Shown here: positions 32,601 to 42,964 of the stretch, piece by piece
How positions within the stretch are numbered: position 1 is the first letter of the stretch
How the letters are laid out: every line of letters begins with the position of its first letter
Origin: Macrostomum lignano
Taxonomy: Eukaryota
Assembly: GCA_002269645.1 (NCBI GenBank)
Contig: NIVC01003051.1
Span: 1-64,000 of the forward strand
Direction: 5' to 3'
DNA length: 64,000 nt
The notes under the pieces: generated by a model
Database searches by the model: none
What the model saw: only the letters and a program-made list of their open reading frames with translations
What the model was told of the DNA's origin: nothing
Program-made: the position numbers and the translations under genes

Positions 32601-33793
32601 CTCCAGAACCGTTCTCGTAGCCGCAGTAACGTCTTCGTCTCGCCGAGGTGTCCACACAGTGGGGAACTGTGGAGCTCCTGGAGCACCTGGGCGTCAAGGG
32701 CCTCAGGCAGAACAACCTTGGGCGGCTGCTGTCCATCAGTCAGATCAATCAGCAGCAGGCCGTTGTCCTCCTGCAGGTTCTCGTAGTATCCGAGCAGATT
32801 CCGCTGCTCCTTAGTCAGTCGCAACCGGGCGTCGAACTCAGGCTTCGGGGCTTCGTTCTCGACCAGGTTGAGCACGTAGCTGATGGCTCGGTCAGCGCGT
32901 TGGGCGTCAACGAACTGTTGGCGAGTCATCGGCAGCTTCAGAAAATCAGTGAGCACAGCGCGGCATGGCTGAGGGGTCATGACTCCCGCAGTCTCCGCTT
33001 TAATGGCTCCAGGTCGATCACACGGCACCGTCTTGTCGGCGTCAGGATTAGGTCGCTCCGAGGGACTTTGTCTCACAACGTCGGCGTACGTCCGTTGATC
33101 TAGAATCGAAGTTCTCTTCATCGCTCTCATGACAGAAAAATCCGCAGATGGAGCAGCGCGCATGCCTCCACTGCATAGCCCAGGCGACTCTTGGCTGTAG
33201 GGCGGGACGCAACACGTGAAGCACGCCTCGTCGCTGGCAGCCGTAGCCGTCGGCTCAATCGTAGTCAAAATTGGGTGAGTCTTCTCCTGCACTGGGCGGT
33301 GTCGCAAAGGGGGACTCGACTTTCCGCACAGGCGATGAGCAGCTGTCTGTCGGCCCGGGGGACAGAGCTTCGACCTTGCAGCTGGCGCGAGATTCTGGCC
33401 TCTGTCAACACGGCGAGAAATCTCAGCGAAAGGCTCGGCGGGGTTGTAGTTAAATTGCTTGCCTGGAGTTGCGTTGCGGGCCGTCATCAGAAGGGCTGCT
33501 GGTGCGGTGGCCTTTGAATCTTGGTCCGTGGGCGTCTCCAGAGTCCGAGACCTGTAGTCTTGGGCGTCGTCAAGGAGGTCTGTGTCCACAGTGGCCTCAA
33601 GGTCTTCGTCCAGGTTGGTCTCCAAGTAGCGGCAGTCGGCGTGGGCATCGTTGCAGAGGGCTGTTGTCACAGTGGCCTCTGAGTTGTCGTCCAGGCCGAA
33701 CTCCAGGCGTTGACTGCATCGGTGGGCGTCGTGCTGGAAGGCTGCTGGCGCGGTGGCTTCCAGGTCTTCGTCCAGGTCAGTCTCGGCCTCCAA
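29690..33793 (-). CDS. pol: pol C-terminal part: repeat linker, integrase (HHCC + DDE) and long extension
   Basis: HSSPLCGH...CRTC, IHCDVVGP, HTDQGTNF, SNGQVENLN. Confidence 0.93.
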   Translation of the reverse strand: MEAETDLDEDLEATAPAAFQHDAHRCSQRLEFGLDDNSEATVTTALCNDAHADCRYLETNLDEDLEATVDTDLLDDAQDYRSRTLETPTDQDSKATAPAALLMTARNATPGKQFNYNPAEPFAEISRRVDRGQNLAPAARSKLCPPGRQTAAHRLCGKSSPPLRHRPVQEKTHPILTTIEPTATAASDEACFTCCVPPYSQESPGLCSGGMRAAPSADFSVMRAMKRTSILDQRTYADVVRQSPSERPNPDADKTVPCDRPGAIKAETAGVMTPQPCRAVLTDFLKLPMTRQQFVDAQRADRAISYVLNLVENEAPKPEFDARLRLTKEQRNLLGYYENLQEDNGLLLIDLTDGQQPPKVVLPEALDAQVLQELHSSPLCGHLGETKTLLRLRERFWRPGLARTTKTFISKCRTCLESKSRRRERVPVQSFPVCEVLGRIHCDVVGPIAQKSKSGNRYILTLCDATSKYPFAYPMRNQKAKTVIKLLQERFIPEFGVPCWIHTDQGTNFTGSAFKKFCDLFGIRHTTTTPYNPASNGQVENLNKQLKKVLTCLLERNHNDWDTYLPACLMALRSSVHPVTGFTPHYLVFGRDFRLPIDNALKKLPEYADLPDYVKDFQCRLDEATELAKERLHLHQQLRDEHYSNLPAAKKLQPGDLVFLNNPVLKPDEAAKFHRPRKALYEVVEPKGEVVYKIRRRLPNPRARRDELVVHRRNLLLVPDADYTRTSDPEVDKPKKRRRPPDVPDSAGPATLTPIPEDDQDDPDDDDDDDGYDARPAFRWHFRPLAIPEVQPGGGPVTTPANQASALRREPVPYGECHLHEPVLDASMPAVSFPPVSAPAPSAALSVVQTPGPSLCTTPVEASVGIVDAGRPARNRRQPERLIINPKAKTYVSRTARIRAQIETHFSAEMHSRRTAKRTERTPSAENRHRRSRHEAEAGPPIGAAGGQFESGEHREVARIPPRLRLTLPQEERAPSPPLEVLRPRPRRRRRQRPGHNRTAGAEGTPSENPPVVRRIAAAPSSSLAATASTDGISQGIAEIRWQVEQDQAREAAGHSSERPKPAATADQAQGSRRQRPRPPTPVFIDLTEPDSPGLSPTTKYRPAGGSAAEVVAEGLAELRQQLAPRQPIPTSTKIETRDARPESSDDASKPSAQPAPNLVFLCRIAGPELRLEPASPPRDDQVWLPTVPEPENPVAPGRVEAACQTDGNNSEATTLQELTTELRQALPTNNAVPPAPPNSPEPRDPDSSDNESEDNGSSPPGLSPAVQAAVNRYIEAVYFIAQQLTAAAQLNRLPTLADWPRWACLRALTDEDRQRLMDEAAQLAAPTLRRPPHPETARVVARLIAAQMAGRTPEVPDLVRHCDRQE

Positions 33794-36386
33794 GGAGCGA
33801 GAGTGGACAGTCTTCGGAGGGCTGCTCTGGCAGTGGCCTCGGGTGTCGCGTCCAAGTCCGTTTCCAGGAAACGTCGGCGCTCAGTCTTGGGGCTGTCGCC
33901 GGCACCGGGTTGGGCTGCAGAACCGGGTGGTTCAAGGAGTCGGCCATGCTCGAAGGTGATCGGTGGTGTCTCCGGTCTTCTTGACAGGGCGTCGGCGTTG
34001 ACGTGGTCCTTGCCTTTGCGGTGGTTGAGCTGGAAGCGGAACTCGCTTAGGCGTTCGATCCAGCGGCCTAAAATACCTGTGGCCTGAGTCTGGTTCAGTA
34101 ACCACAGTAAGGCCCGATGATCGGATCGAACTTCAAACTTCTTGCCAATTAAATAATGACGGAAATGTCGCATAGCGTCCACAATTGCAAGCAGCTCTTT
34201 CTTCGTGACCGTGTAGCGCTTCTCAGGATCGCGAAGTTTACGGCTAAAGAATGCAATTGGACGTTCGACGCCGTCGGATTGCAGTTGTCCAAGGCAAGCG
34301 CCTATTCGAATATCAGAGGCATCCGTGTCGAGGACAAACTTCACAGCAGGATCAGAATTAAATTCAGGCAGAGCGAGAACTTCAGTAGAACACAATTTCT
34401 TCTTCAAAGTGTCGAACGCTACCTGATGCTCGGGAGTCCAATGCTGCCGCAGGCTGCCAATGTCCTTTCGCGTCAGGGCATGCAGCGGCGCAGCCACTCC
34501 AGCGTAGCCGTCGACAAACTTGTGGTAGTAATTGGCGAGGCCTAGGAATTGTCTCAGTTGAGTAACGGACTGTGGCACGGGCCAATCACGGATCTGCGCA
34601 ATCTTGTCCTCACAGGTCTTCAGGCCGTCGGGAGTCACGACGTGACCTAAATAATGCAGCTCCTTGAGGAACAAATGACACTTCTTCGGTTTCACTTTGA
34701 GGTTGGCTGCGATGATGCGCTGGAGTACAGTTCGCAAGTTATCCAGCTGTTCCTCGAAAGTCACTGAGTGCACCACGATGTCGTCCATGTAGCCAAGCGC
34801 AGTTTTGGCGTCAGGCCGTCCAGGAGCTTATTGATGCAACGCTGAAAGCTGCCGGGACTATCGTGGAGACCCATCGGTAGAACGTTAAAACAGAATTGGC
34901 CGCGGTCGATTACTGAGAACGCCGTCAGGTGCTGGTCGCAGTCCGCAGCGGGATCTGCCAGAATCCTTGAGCAAGGTCCAGGCTGGAATACCACTGAGCA
35001 CCACGAAGCTTCGCGAAGGTTTCCTGGATGTGCGGCAGCGGATACGGGTGATACACACACCTGTCGTTGAGAGCTCTGAAGTCGTGGACTAGTCGGATGT
35101 TGCCGTCCTTCTTGGGCACGATGAGCATTGGCGAATTGTAGCTCGAGTAGGCAGGGCGAATGATGTGCTTCGCCAGCATCTCGTCTAGCAGGGCGTCGAG
35201 CTTGTCCTTCAGATGAGGCGGGATTCGGCGCGGTGGTAGCGCAACTGGTGTCCGGTCCTTCAAGATGATCTCGTGGGTCACCAGGTGAGTCAGGCCGGCG
35301 TCTAGCGGTGCTTGGAGAAGGCCGCTTGACATTCGACTAGTAGATCTCGCACTCTTTGATGTTGTTCTTTGGACAATTCGCTGTTGATCTCGACTTCATC
35401 TAGCCATGCTGTGCTGGACTCTTCAGAGTTCTTCGGGAGATGTCGCACTTCAGGTTCTGGCGTCTCGCTCAAGTACATCAGGTCGGCAGTTCGGAGTGGC
35501 GTCGCGACACCAACACGGATACCGGCTTGCAGAAACACTTCGCTGTCAGCGGTGTTGACGACCTCAATGTAGCCGCGACCTTCAGGCATCGTCATCAGAG
35601 CAGGCGCTGCTCCAGAGCGTTGCAGCTGGGATGCAGCCTCGACTTAACCAGCTCGACAATTGATGGCGATCCTCGATTCTCGGAATGGCCGTCATCCAAT
35701 CTGACGGGAAGCAGCGCTGAACTTCTAGGCGGCAGGGTGCACTTCTCGGAGGTGTACACTCGGCAGGTTTGAAGCTCACGACGCGAATAACGAACAGGGA
35801 TACACGTGCCATTGTTGAACGTTAGCATTCCTTGAGCGAAGTCCAAGTTCTGGCAGTGCTCTCGCATAAACGATACGCCAAGCAAATTTTCACAATCGGA
35901 GACCGTGACGAGGAATTCGGTGTCCGCGACGACATCACCAAACTCCACGGGGATGGTCACCTTACAAGCAAGTGGGAGCTGCGTCCCATCATACATAGTT
36001 ACGCAATCGGGAATAGCATGCGATATAATACAACGAGGCATCCGACGTCTAATAGCGGCCCAGGTTGACGAACCAAGAAAGTTTTTCCGGCTGCCGCTGT
36101 CTAGCAAGAAAGGGACCTCTCGACTCGCAACTCGACCTGTGACGTACGGATCGGCCTCACGCGCATGGATTTTTTGATTCGGGGAGGTGTCCACGAAACC
36201 TCCGCACTCCGCGTCACTTACTGACGAGCGACTGTCGGACTGGGCATTGGCGCCTGCACAGCCGACATCCTCTTCTTCTGGTGACCTCTCGGAGTCTGCC
36301 AAGTAGCCTGGGCTTGGACCTCGCGGAGGGCGGTGCCGTTGTCGCTCTCCGCCTGGCCGTTTCCCTGGTTCTGGCGCATCGGGCAC
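33667..36386 (-). CDS. pol: pol N-terminal part: aspartic protease, RT, RNase H (about 5 frameshifts)
   Basis: FLLDSGS; LVHDFRALN, SLDLAQGFWQI, YMDD; LDTDASD, KELLAI, SDHRAL, NADALSR. Confidence 0.93.
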
Positions 36387-37543
36387 TGGGTGTTGCGATG
36401 ACCGGGCTGTCCGCAGCTATAGCAGATTATAGCTCTCTTTGGCGGGCTGGCTACCTGCTGTTGGTCACGCTGCACCAGGTGATCCAGCATTCGCTGCTGC
36501 TTCTCAATCAAGTCGGTTAGAGTCAGTAAGGCTTGGGCGGTGACGTCGGGTTTCGGGTCGCCGTCCTCCTCCCCGTCCAACATCCTAACCGGGGGTTGAG
36601 CAGATCGGTGCGCCAATTCTTTGGCGCCTTCTAGTCGTCGTAGCTCTCGAATCGCAGCAAGAAGATTGTTCGGGCGAACCCAGTACAGCCGTTCGCGCAG
36701 ATCTGGAGTCGTCCGGATACCAGCAAGAAATTGATCAGTAATCTCCTTCTCGCGGTCTTCAGGATGCATTCGAGGATATGCACGTTCACCCAGAGTTCTC
36801 AGGGCGTCAGCGAACTCTTCTGCTGACTCATTCTTGCCTTGTTGACGACGTCGCAACAGTTCTCGATACTCATCAGCACCACCATGACGGGCAAATCGCT
36901 CAATCAGACGTTGCTTGACCTCCTCGTAGCTGGCGAAACGCGGAAGATTCATACCAAGCAAGGCTGGATACGCAGTAGCCAAATCGAGACTCGCGATGAG
37001 GTGTTGCTTCATCTCGAACGGGTCGACGATGCGCTCCATCTCGCAACGCTGCTCGAACGCGGCAAGCCAGACATGAATGTCCTGACTTGGAGTAAACTTC
37101 ACAATTTTAACTTGTTTACTCACGGGCCGCTCCATCTGCTGCTGCAGAGCTGCCATCATGGTCCTCACGTCCTGGTGCGTGATGTTCCGGCCGATGTTGT
37201 CCAGGCCTTTCAGAAGCTCGTCTGGCGGGTCGTCGGACACGTCGCTTCTCGCACCTTGCCTCGGCGTTGGCTGCTGACCAAAGTCGTTGATCGCTGCTGC
37301 TGCTGCGGCGTCCGTGGCCGCAGGCCTCGAACTGCTGATGTGCTGATCCAGCCGGCTGCTGCACCGGCTCTCGTCTCGTTCGTTGAACATGTTGAACTCG
37401 TCGTAGTCGCTGGCCGATGTCGTTCTCGAAAGAGCGGTTGGCTTGGGTGTGTCGTAGTCGGATCTCACCGCTGCGTCACCAGTGAAGTACAATGGGGTTT
37501 TCTCGGGGTGGCCTGGTAGGTCTTTGAATCCCACCGCTGCCAC
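36218..37543 (-). CDS. gag: Gag with CCHC zinc knuckle
   Basis: CYSCGQPGHRNTQC and capsid-like helical region. ORF call starts at GTG inside the LTR; first ATG is codon ~52. Confidence 0.9.
   Translation of the reverse strand: MAAVGFKDLPGHPEKTPLYFTGDAAVRSDYDTPKPTALSRTTSASDYDEFNMFNERDESRCSSRLDQHISSSRPAATDAAAAAAINDFGQQPTPRQGARSDVSDDPPDELLKGLDNIGRNITHQDVRTMMAALQQQMERPVSKQVKIVKFTPSQDIHVWLAAFEQRCEMERIVDPFEMKQHLIASLDLATAYPALLGMNLPRFASYEEVKQRLIERFARHGGADEYRELLRRRQQGKNESAEEFADALRTLGERAYPRMHPEDREKEITDQFLAGIRTTPDLRERLYWVRPNNLLAAIRELRRLEGAKELAHRSAQPPVRMLDGEEDGDPKPDVTAQALLTLTDLIEKQQRMLDHLVQRDQQQVASPPKRAIICYSCGQPGHRNTQCPMRQNQGNGQAESDNGTALREVQAQATWQTPRGHQKKRMSAVQAPMPSPTVARQ
37461..37482 (-). other. Primer-binding site (degenerate tRNA-Leu-like)
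   Basis: Sense TGGTGACGCAGCGGTG immediately after the 5' LTR. Confidence 0.65.
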
Positions 37544-38541
37544 CAGTGAAGTACAATGGGGTTTCTTCCCGGTTTAGGCCCTTGCGGATTACCTTCAGAC
37601 TCGGGCCTCTTCAGTGGGAAGTTCTCTCAACTCTCTCAGTAGCGTAGGTAGTGCTGCCACCAGTTCCTTCAGGTCTCGGCCTTCGGTGAGGTGAGCTTCC
37701 CGTCGGAACGAAATAATGAAGTCAACGAACACAGCACGACGTGCAGATTTGCAGCTCAACGTATAAGGCGTCTCGTCAGCAGTACCTGCCGGGCTAGGAT
37801 GGTAGAGGGAGGGCTGAGTTAGCCTCTCGTAGACTTGGATTGGTTTGGTCGGGTCTCAGTCGGAGCAACAGGAACAGAATCAATGTGCGCAAAGACTCGG
37901 ACACTCGGGACTCAGTCACACGCGGACGTAGAACTCGAGGTTGAACAGAAGGAAGACCCTTGACGGAAACAAGGGGGAGAGGGCTCCTATTTATAGCCGG
38001 GAAATTCCCACGCTCCAGACCTCGTGACTTGTTCTATTTTTAGAACTGACGTCACTCGAGAGTCTTGGGCAGGGTACAAGCGCGCGGAAGACCTCGTGAC
38101 TTGTTCTATTTTTAGAACTGACGTCACTTGAGGTCCCCGGCCAGAGTACACGCGGCTGTGACTCAGTTGCTATTTTTAGCAACATGAGTCACTCCTCTCC
38201 TTAGAGAAGGGAGGGGTCCGAAAGCACGTGACTCACCCGGTAAACAGGGCCAACGAGTGCAGTAAACATGTTTACTGCACTTTAAGACTCAAAGAACGCA
38301 AGAACTGTCATGTGACTTGCTCACAAGACAGGGAAAACGGGACGGGAGCGAAACAGAGACAGCCCACAGTCGAGAGACTGAGGGCTGAGAACGGAAACGC
38401 AGCAGGGCGGAAAGGACACGGGGGCAACAGGCAAGCGAAAGGAGGGCGGGAAGCTGACCAGCGGCAGACAGCAACCCAAAGGGAGGGCGAGGGAACGGCT
38501 GACAAGGGTGACGCCTAGCCATAAACTAGCGGCTCACTACA
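37483..38541 (-). repeat. 5' LTR
   Basis: See 3' LTR. Confidence 0.96.
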
Positions 38542-38799
38542 ATGGCATCGATAATCTAAAAAATCAGCCTTAAGGCCAGTCGTAAATACATGTAAATAGA
38601 CGGAAGTTGAGAGAGAAAAATGTCGAGGGTTCAGACAATACATGTACGTATAAATATTGTCTGACTGCTAACAGATGTACCACGGACTACTTGAGATGTA
38701 CACCGTTCGGTGCAAGTGTACAAATACGTTACATAGCAGAGAGAATGCAAATTCACAGCATCATCTCCGTGTAATGCATTTGCGGTGCCGCTTCTGGTT

Positions 38800-39282
38800 T
38801 GCCTGCCGTCTGGCGGTCGTAGTGTAGTTTATCTAGAATTCATCGGCTGATGTTTCAACGGCTGCCATCGGACAGATTGGACAGAGTGTTGCTCTCGCGA
38901 CTGACGACTGTCTGCACTTCGGAGACACCATTCACTGCTCAGCTTTAATTTGTGCGCCTCGTCGGCCGGCAGACGCGCACACGGCACTCGACAGTCAGCA
39001 CTGCGTCCTTCCGCAGCTGCCTCCGCTTGCACGTCCGGCGGAGGCTTCTGGCCTGCTGCTTTTGCTTCCGTGACGCTGCGCCATGGGTCCGTCGCTGAAT
39101 CAGTACTTGTTGCGTGGTAATTGAAAACGACCCTCGAAGCAGACGGAGAGCCCTTCGTCCCAGCATCAGTTCAGTCGGCGACTTCTTAGTCAGTACGTGA
39201 TGGATGACCAATACATCAGCAGCAGCTTCTGAAGCACGGCCACCTGCTGCACCGGCACGCCAGTATGCAGAGTGGTCTTGAT
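38800..39282 (-). pseudogene. Decayed gypsy integrase 3' part (interrupted by E2)
   Basis: IKTTL..LQKLLLMY..KKSPTELMLGR continues directly from NGLIK at 49476-49500. Confidence 0.7.
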
Positions 39283-39960
39283 ACTACGTAATGCGCAGAT
39301 AACGGTTGATTTTGGAGGTGAGGTGGGTGTCAGAGCCAATGCAAATTCAACGCCTATCTAAATGCATTAGACCTCTTCTAATTGGTCCAGACCCTCATTA
39401 TGATTCATGTAAGTCATTATGTGAGATATTCATGCATGTAACTCTCATGTAAATCTAATTATACATGTAATCAGTGTACATTCCCATTAGTACATTGTGT
39501 CGTACAGAAGCGACGACCAGTACAATATAGTACGCATAATTAGCGCTTCACCGTAGCAGTTGTTGTACGCAGAAGCGCGCGCGCGCCCAGCCCAGCACAA
39601 TGCAGCATTGGTGTACGCAGAATTAACTGTCCATATACCAAAAATTGGCAGAATTAACGTGCGCCGACCCACCCCATAACTGTCCATATTATTACTTGTC
39701 CATATTTACTGTCCATCCCAAAATTGGTGTACGCGCAGAATTGTAGCGCCCGCCCACCCCATAGCTGTTCGATCATACCCAAAATTGGTGCACGCGCAGA
39801 ATTAGAGCCCACCCATCCAAGAAAATATTTTGTCGCCCCTCACAATTAATTGGCGGCCCCACGCGGAGACATGATGAGTCAGCCGCTGTAAATCGCTGCT
39901 GTCCACACTGTTATATCCACCCCTTCCAAACTTCACTCTCTAGAATTCTGCCCTCGTCGA
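39283..39960 (+). repeat. E2 left TIR (with insertions relative to the right TIR)
   Basis: Reverse complement of ~48972-49475 with indels of about 14-55 bp. Confidence 0.9.
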
Positions 39961-40073
39961 CACTCCGAGACAATTACGTCATCCCCCAACCCCCTCTCCC
40001 AAATAAGTTTTCAAAAGGCGTATAGCTATATATATTTACACAAAAAGCCGGCCGAGCTTTGATACGTATATAT

Positions 40074-40724
40074 TTATTTAGCATACACAATTGGGTGACG
40101 ACCCAAAACGTTTGAATAATAGCGAGCAGGAGCATTTTGCAAACAGTTTACAATCAAGTATGAGTAGGGGTCGCGAGTAGCATCCTCATACGTTTTGACA
40201 AAACTTTTTGGATTAGTGGGGACCAGCTGCCTTGCAATATGAGACACTGTGCTGGCATCCCGTATATTGCGGAATAAAACAAGGTAGTTCGAATTGAGCG
40301 ACTGAGTTCGGTGCTCCTTACCCTTTGCAAACAGGTTTTGCACAAGATACCAAAGTCGGAACCCCACGTGGGAGACTTTGCGCGTGAAAAAAGTTGTAAA
40401 AGCGCCACTCTTTTCCATGGCATGCATTTGGTCGTCGACGACAAGCAGAATATTTGGTTCAGGGACATATTGTTCAGGATCAAATGTACACGAACGAAAA
40501 TTTACAGGGTCCGGCAATTCAAACAGTTCAGGATCCGGATAGTGGCCAAACCAGTCTACGCGAATCGGCTTCGGATCTTGAAAAAATTCTTGTCTCAATA
40601 GGTTTTTCACAAGTGTGGTCTTACCGCTTTGAGCCACCCCAGGAAAAATTGCCGACGTTTTGGGGGCAAATTTTAAAGAGTCGGGGTCTATTGTTTGATA
40701 CATTTTGATAGGCAGCCCAATCAT
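40074..40724 (-). CDS. Packaging ATPase
   Basis: GVAQSGKT, LLVVDDQM, QNLFAKGKEHRTQSLNSNYLVLFRNIRD. Confidence 0.93.
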   Translation of the reverse strand: MIGLPIKMYQTIDPDSLKFAPKTSAIFPGVAQSGKTTLVKNLLRQEFFQDPKPIRVDWFGHYPDPELFELPDPVNFRSCTFDPEQYVPEPNILLVVDDQMHAMEKSGAFTTFFTRKVSHVGFRLWYLVQNLFAKGKEHRTQSLNSNYLVLFRNIRDASTVSHIARQLVPTNPKSFVKTYEDATRDPYSYLIVNCLQNAPARYYSNVLGRHPIVYAK

Positions 40725-40726
40725 AT

Positions 40727-41178
40727 TTATAGATGATGCTGCTTTATTTGTAGACAGTGATTCTGCACCATCAAGTCGTTCTCGTAAAGATTTGTGCTAT
40801 AACAGTCGCGCAATATTTTTTCAATTGACAGACCCTCCAAAAAGTGTTTTTCAGCCACAAATATTACATGAGCCCCGCAGGTCACACTTAGCTGATGCTG
40901 TACAGGATGCCGGTTCATGGCCACCTCCACAGGGACACATACTTTGCGATCCACAACTTTAATAAATCTGGCACAGGATCGATACACAAGGGGTCAAAAA
41001 ATGTCACGCTCTCATCGGCATGAAGACAAATTAAAGCCCAGTGAGTGCCTGGTAGATTGCCAGTGTCAAAGTTAATCACGTATGCAGCAGGATAAACAGG
41101 CTGCGGAATCCTGTCAACTGGTGTTACTCGAACAGGGACAGGTAGTATTAGACGTTCTAATATATCTAGACTATTCAT
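40727..41178 (-). CDS. Adenain-like cysteine protease (frameshift ~40930)
   Basis: VINFD..PGTHW, FFDP, VQ...SVTCG. Confidence 0.88.
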
Positions 41179-41226
41179 ATCGGCATGAATATGGTCGTTA
41201 TTCGAGAATAAAAAAGATGTTTGTTT

Positions 41227-42509
41227 CTACACGTAGTCTAGAATAACCTGACGACCGCGAGTGATTTGCACAGTATTGTCAAAGTAGCCAAACACCAACA
41301 CGTTGATTCCTGCGGCCAAGGCAGCAGAAAACTTTATTTGTAGCGTCAGATTCCCTCGCTCGCGAGGCATGCTATGCCCGCCCAGCTCCATGTCGGGCAT
41401 GAGATTCCAGGCGAAGAAGCAGTAGCCAGCTCCATAGTCGGAATATGATACGTCAATATCAGGTCCCGATTCATCTTTCCTAGGCTTTTTAGTAGCATGG
41501 CATACTCGCGAGCATAGTTATGAACACCGAATCGAGGAGTAAACGGTTGTCCACACAGACTGACTCCGTCCTTATACAGAGCGACACTGTCTTCCCCAAA
41601 CGGTTCAAAATTAAACGGGTTATGTGTAGCCACACCGTTGTATGCGCCGCTGTTCACCATGCCAACAACCACTAGTTTAGGCTTTTGTTCAGGAAATATA
41701 TTATTGATTGACATGTCCCGAACACCGCCAGCCACTGAAGTATTGTGCACAACAAGTCGCTCAATCGGATAGATTGCATTCTGTTTGCCTAGTTGTTCTT
41801 CAATCTCCAATGCCAATTGGGGGTTTGCCTTGACGCGGCGCACATGTAGTTTGGCACTCTCGAGCACCAGCCGCGCATCAACCCCGTCCGCTTGGTTTTC
41901 CAGAACGAAGCCGGAATTGTGCATGGTCAGCGTAATTACCATATCAGTGTATGGCAGTAGCATTCGGTCGTTGGTAACAAAAAAGTCTAAACTAAGAGGT
42001 CCATAAAGGTGAAAGGTGCGTGAGTTTGCCGCCATCGCCTTGCGGGCTACAAAGCCAGGATTTCCAACCACAGCCATTTGACCTCCAGCGTCCTTTGCGT
42101 AGCCCATCATTCTCAGTTGGTTGGTTTTTGAATCGTGTCCGTAATTCAAACACGTGCGAATGTAGGCCTTGTAAGCGTGGTTGTTATTGCTCGACTCTAC
42201 GTGTGTCCCGTTGATTGTCAACGTGACGTTTTTAAACATGCTTTCAAGGACGTAATTGACCGGCGCAACATTCGAATCAGCAGCAAGATTTGTGCCATTA
42301 GACTGCCTAACGCGGGCCTTAATCTCGAGGTCAATGTCGTTAAGATCGATAAACGTCTCACCACCAACAATCCTAAATTCGACCACGCTGGCATTTTCAA
42401 CACTGGCAACAGGGTGAACTTCTTCAGTGGTTGCGCTAATTGCAGCAATTTGGTGTGCGCGAGGAGCAAACAGCTCGAATTCCGACTTTGTACACAGGCA
42501 CTCAGTCAT
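41227..42509 (-). CDS. Major capsid protein (frameshift ~41440)
   Basis: KSEFELF..P, HPVAS..VEF, DLNDI, LHVRRVK, YPIER, NPFNF. C-terminus GNLTLQIKF...VILDYV* in the next frame. Confidence 0.92.
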
Positions 42510-42632
42510 TTTTCTTTCAACAGCGGCTTAGTGTGGTGTTCTAATAGACAGATCAGTTATTGGCACGGGTTTTTTTATTTATAGAGTCGAAAATATCAGA
42601 ATGCTGCAGTCTTTTTCTCGTTTTTTTGTTAG

Positions 42633-42920
42633 TCATTTTCTTCGTCTTTGTCTGCCGCTACCTCGTTGTGCGACTGTGTCCTTGAAAGCATCTTTAGCTG
42701 CCTGGACAGAGTTACGCAATGCCGCTTCTTTCAAGTTCCCGCCTTGATCGAGTGTGTCGCTAACTGTTGTAGCTAGGGCTCGTGTTCCGTGGCGAAGAAT
42801 ATTTTTGCCAAAACTCTTTAAAATTGGCAGGGCAAATCGGGCAATGCTGCCAAACAGGCCGTTGCCGCGCTGTGCACCGGAAAATACCGGTAAAGCTCCT
42901 CCGATCAAGATTGAAGGCAT
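42633..42920 (-). CDS. Small basic core protein with GxG protease sites
   Basis: QRGNGLFGSIARFALP...QRGSGRQRRRK. Confidence 0.75.
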   Translation of the reverse strand: MPSILIGGALPVFSGAQRGNGLFGSIARFALPILKSFGKNILRHGTRALATTVSDTLDQGGNLKEAALRNSVQAAKDAFKDTVAQRGSGRQRRRK

Positions 42921-42964
42921 ATTGTCGATCAGTTGCCACCCTTTATTCGTGAAAACTTCTTTAT

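Larger units (their letters stand above)
27987..38541 (-). mobile_element. Ty3/gypsy LTR retrotransposon, recent full-length insertion
   Basis: TG...CA LTRs of 1060 and 1059 bp. 4-bp TSD ATGG (27983-27986 and 38542-38545). Domain order gag-PR-RT-RH-IN. Confidence 0.97.

Noticed and set aside
30027-34545. Many + strand ORFs opposite gypsy pol
   Set aside because: GC-rich antisense shadows with no recognisable motifs
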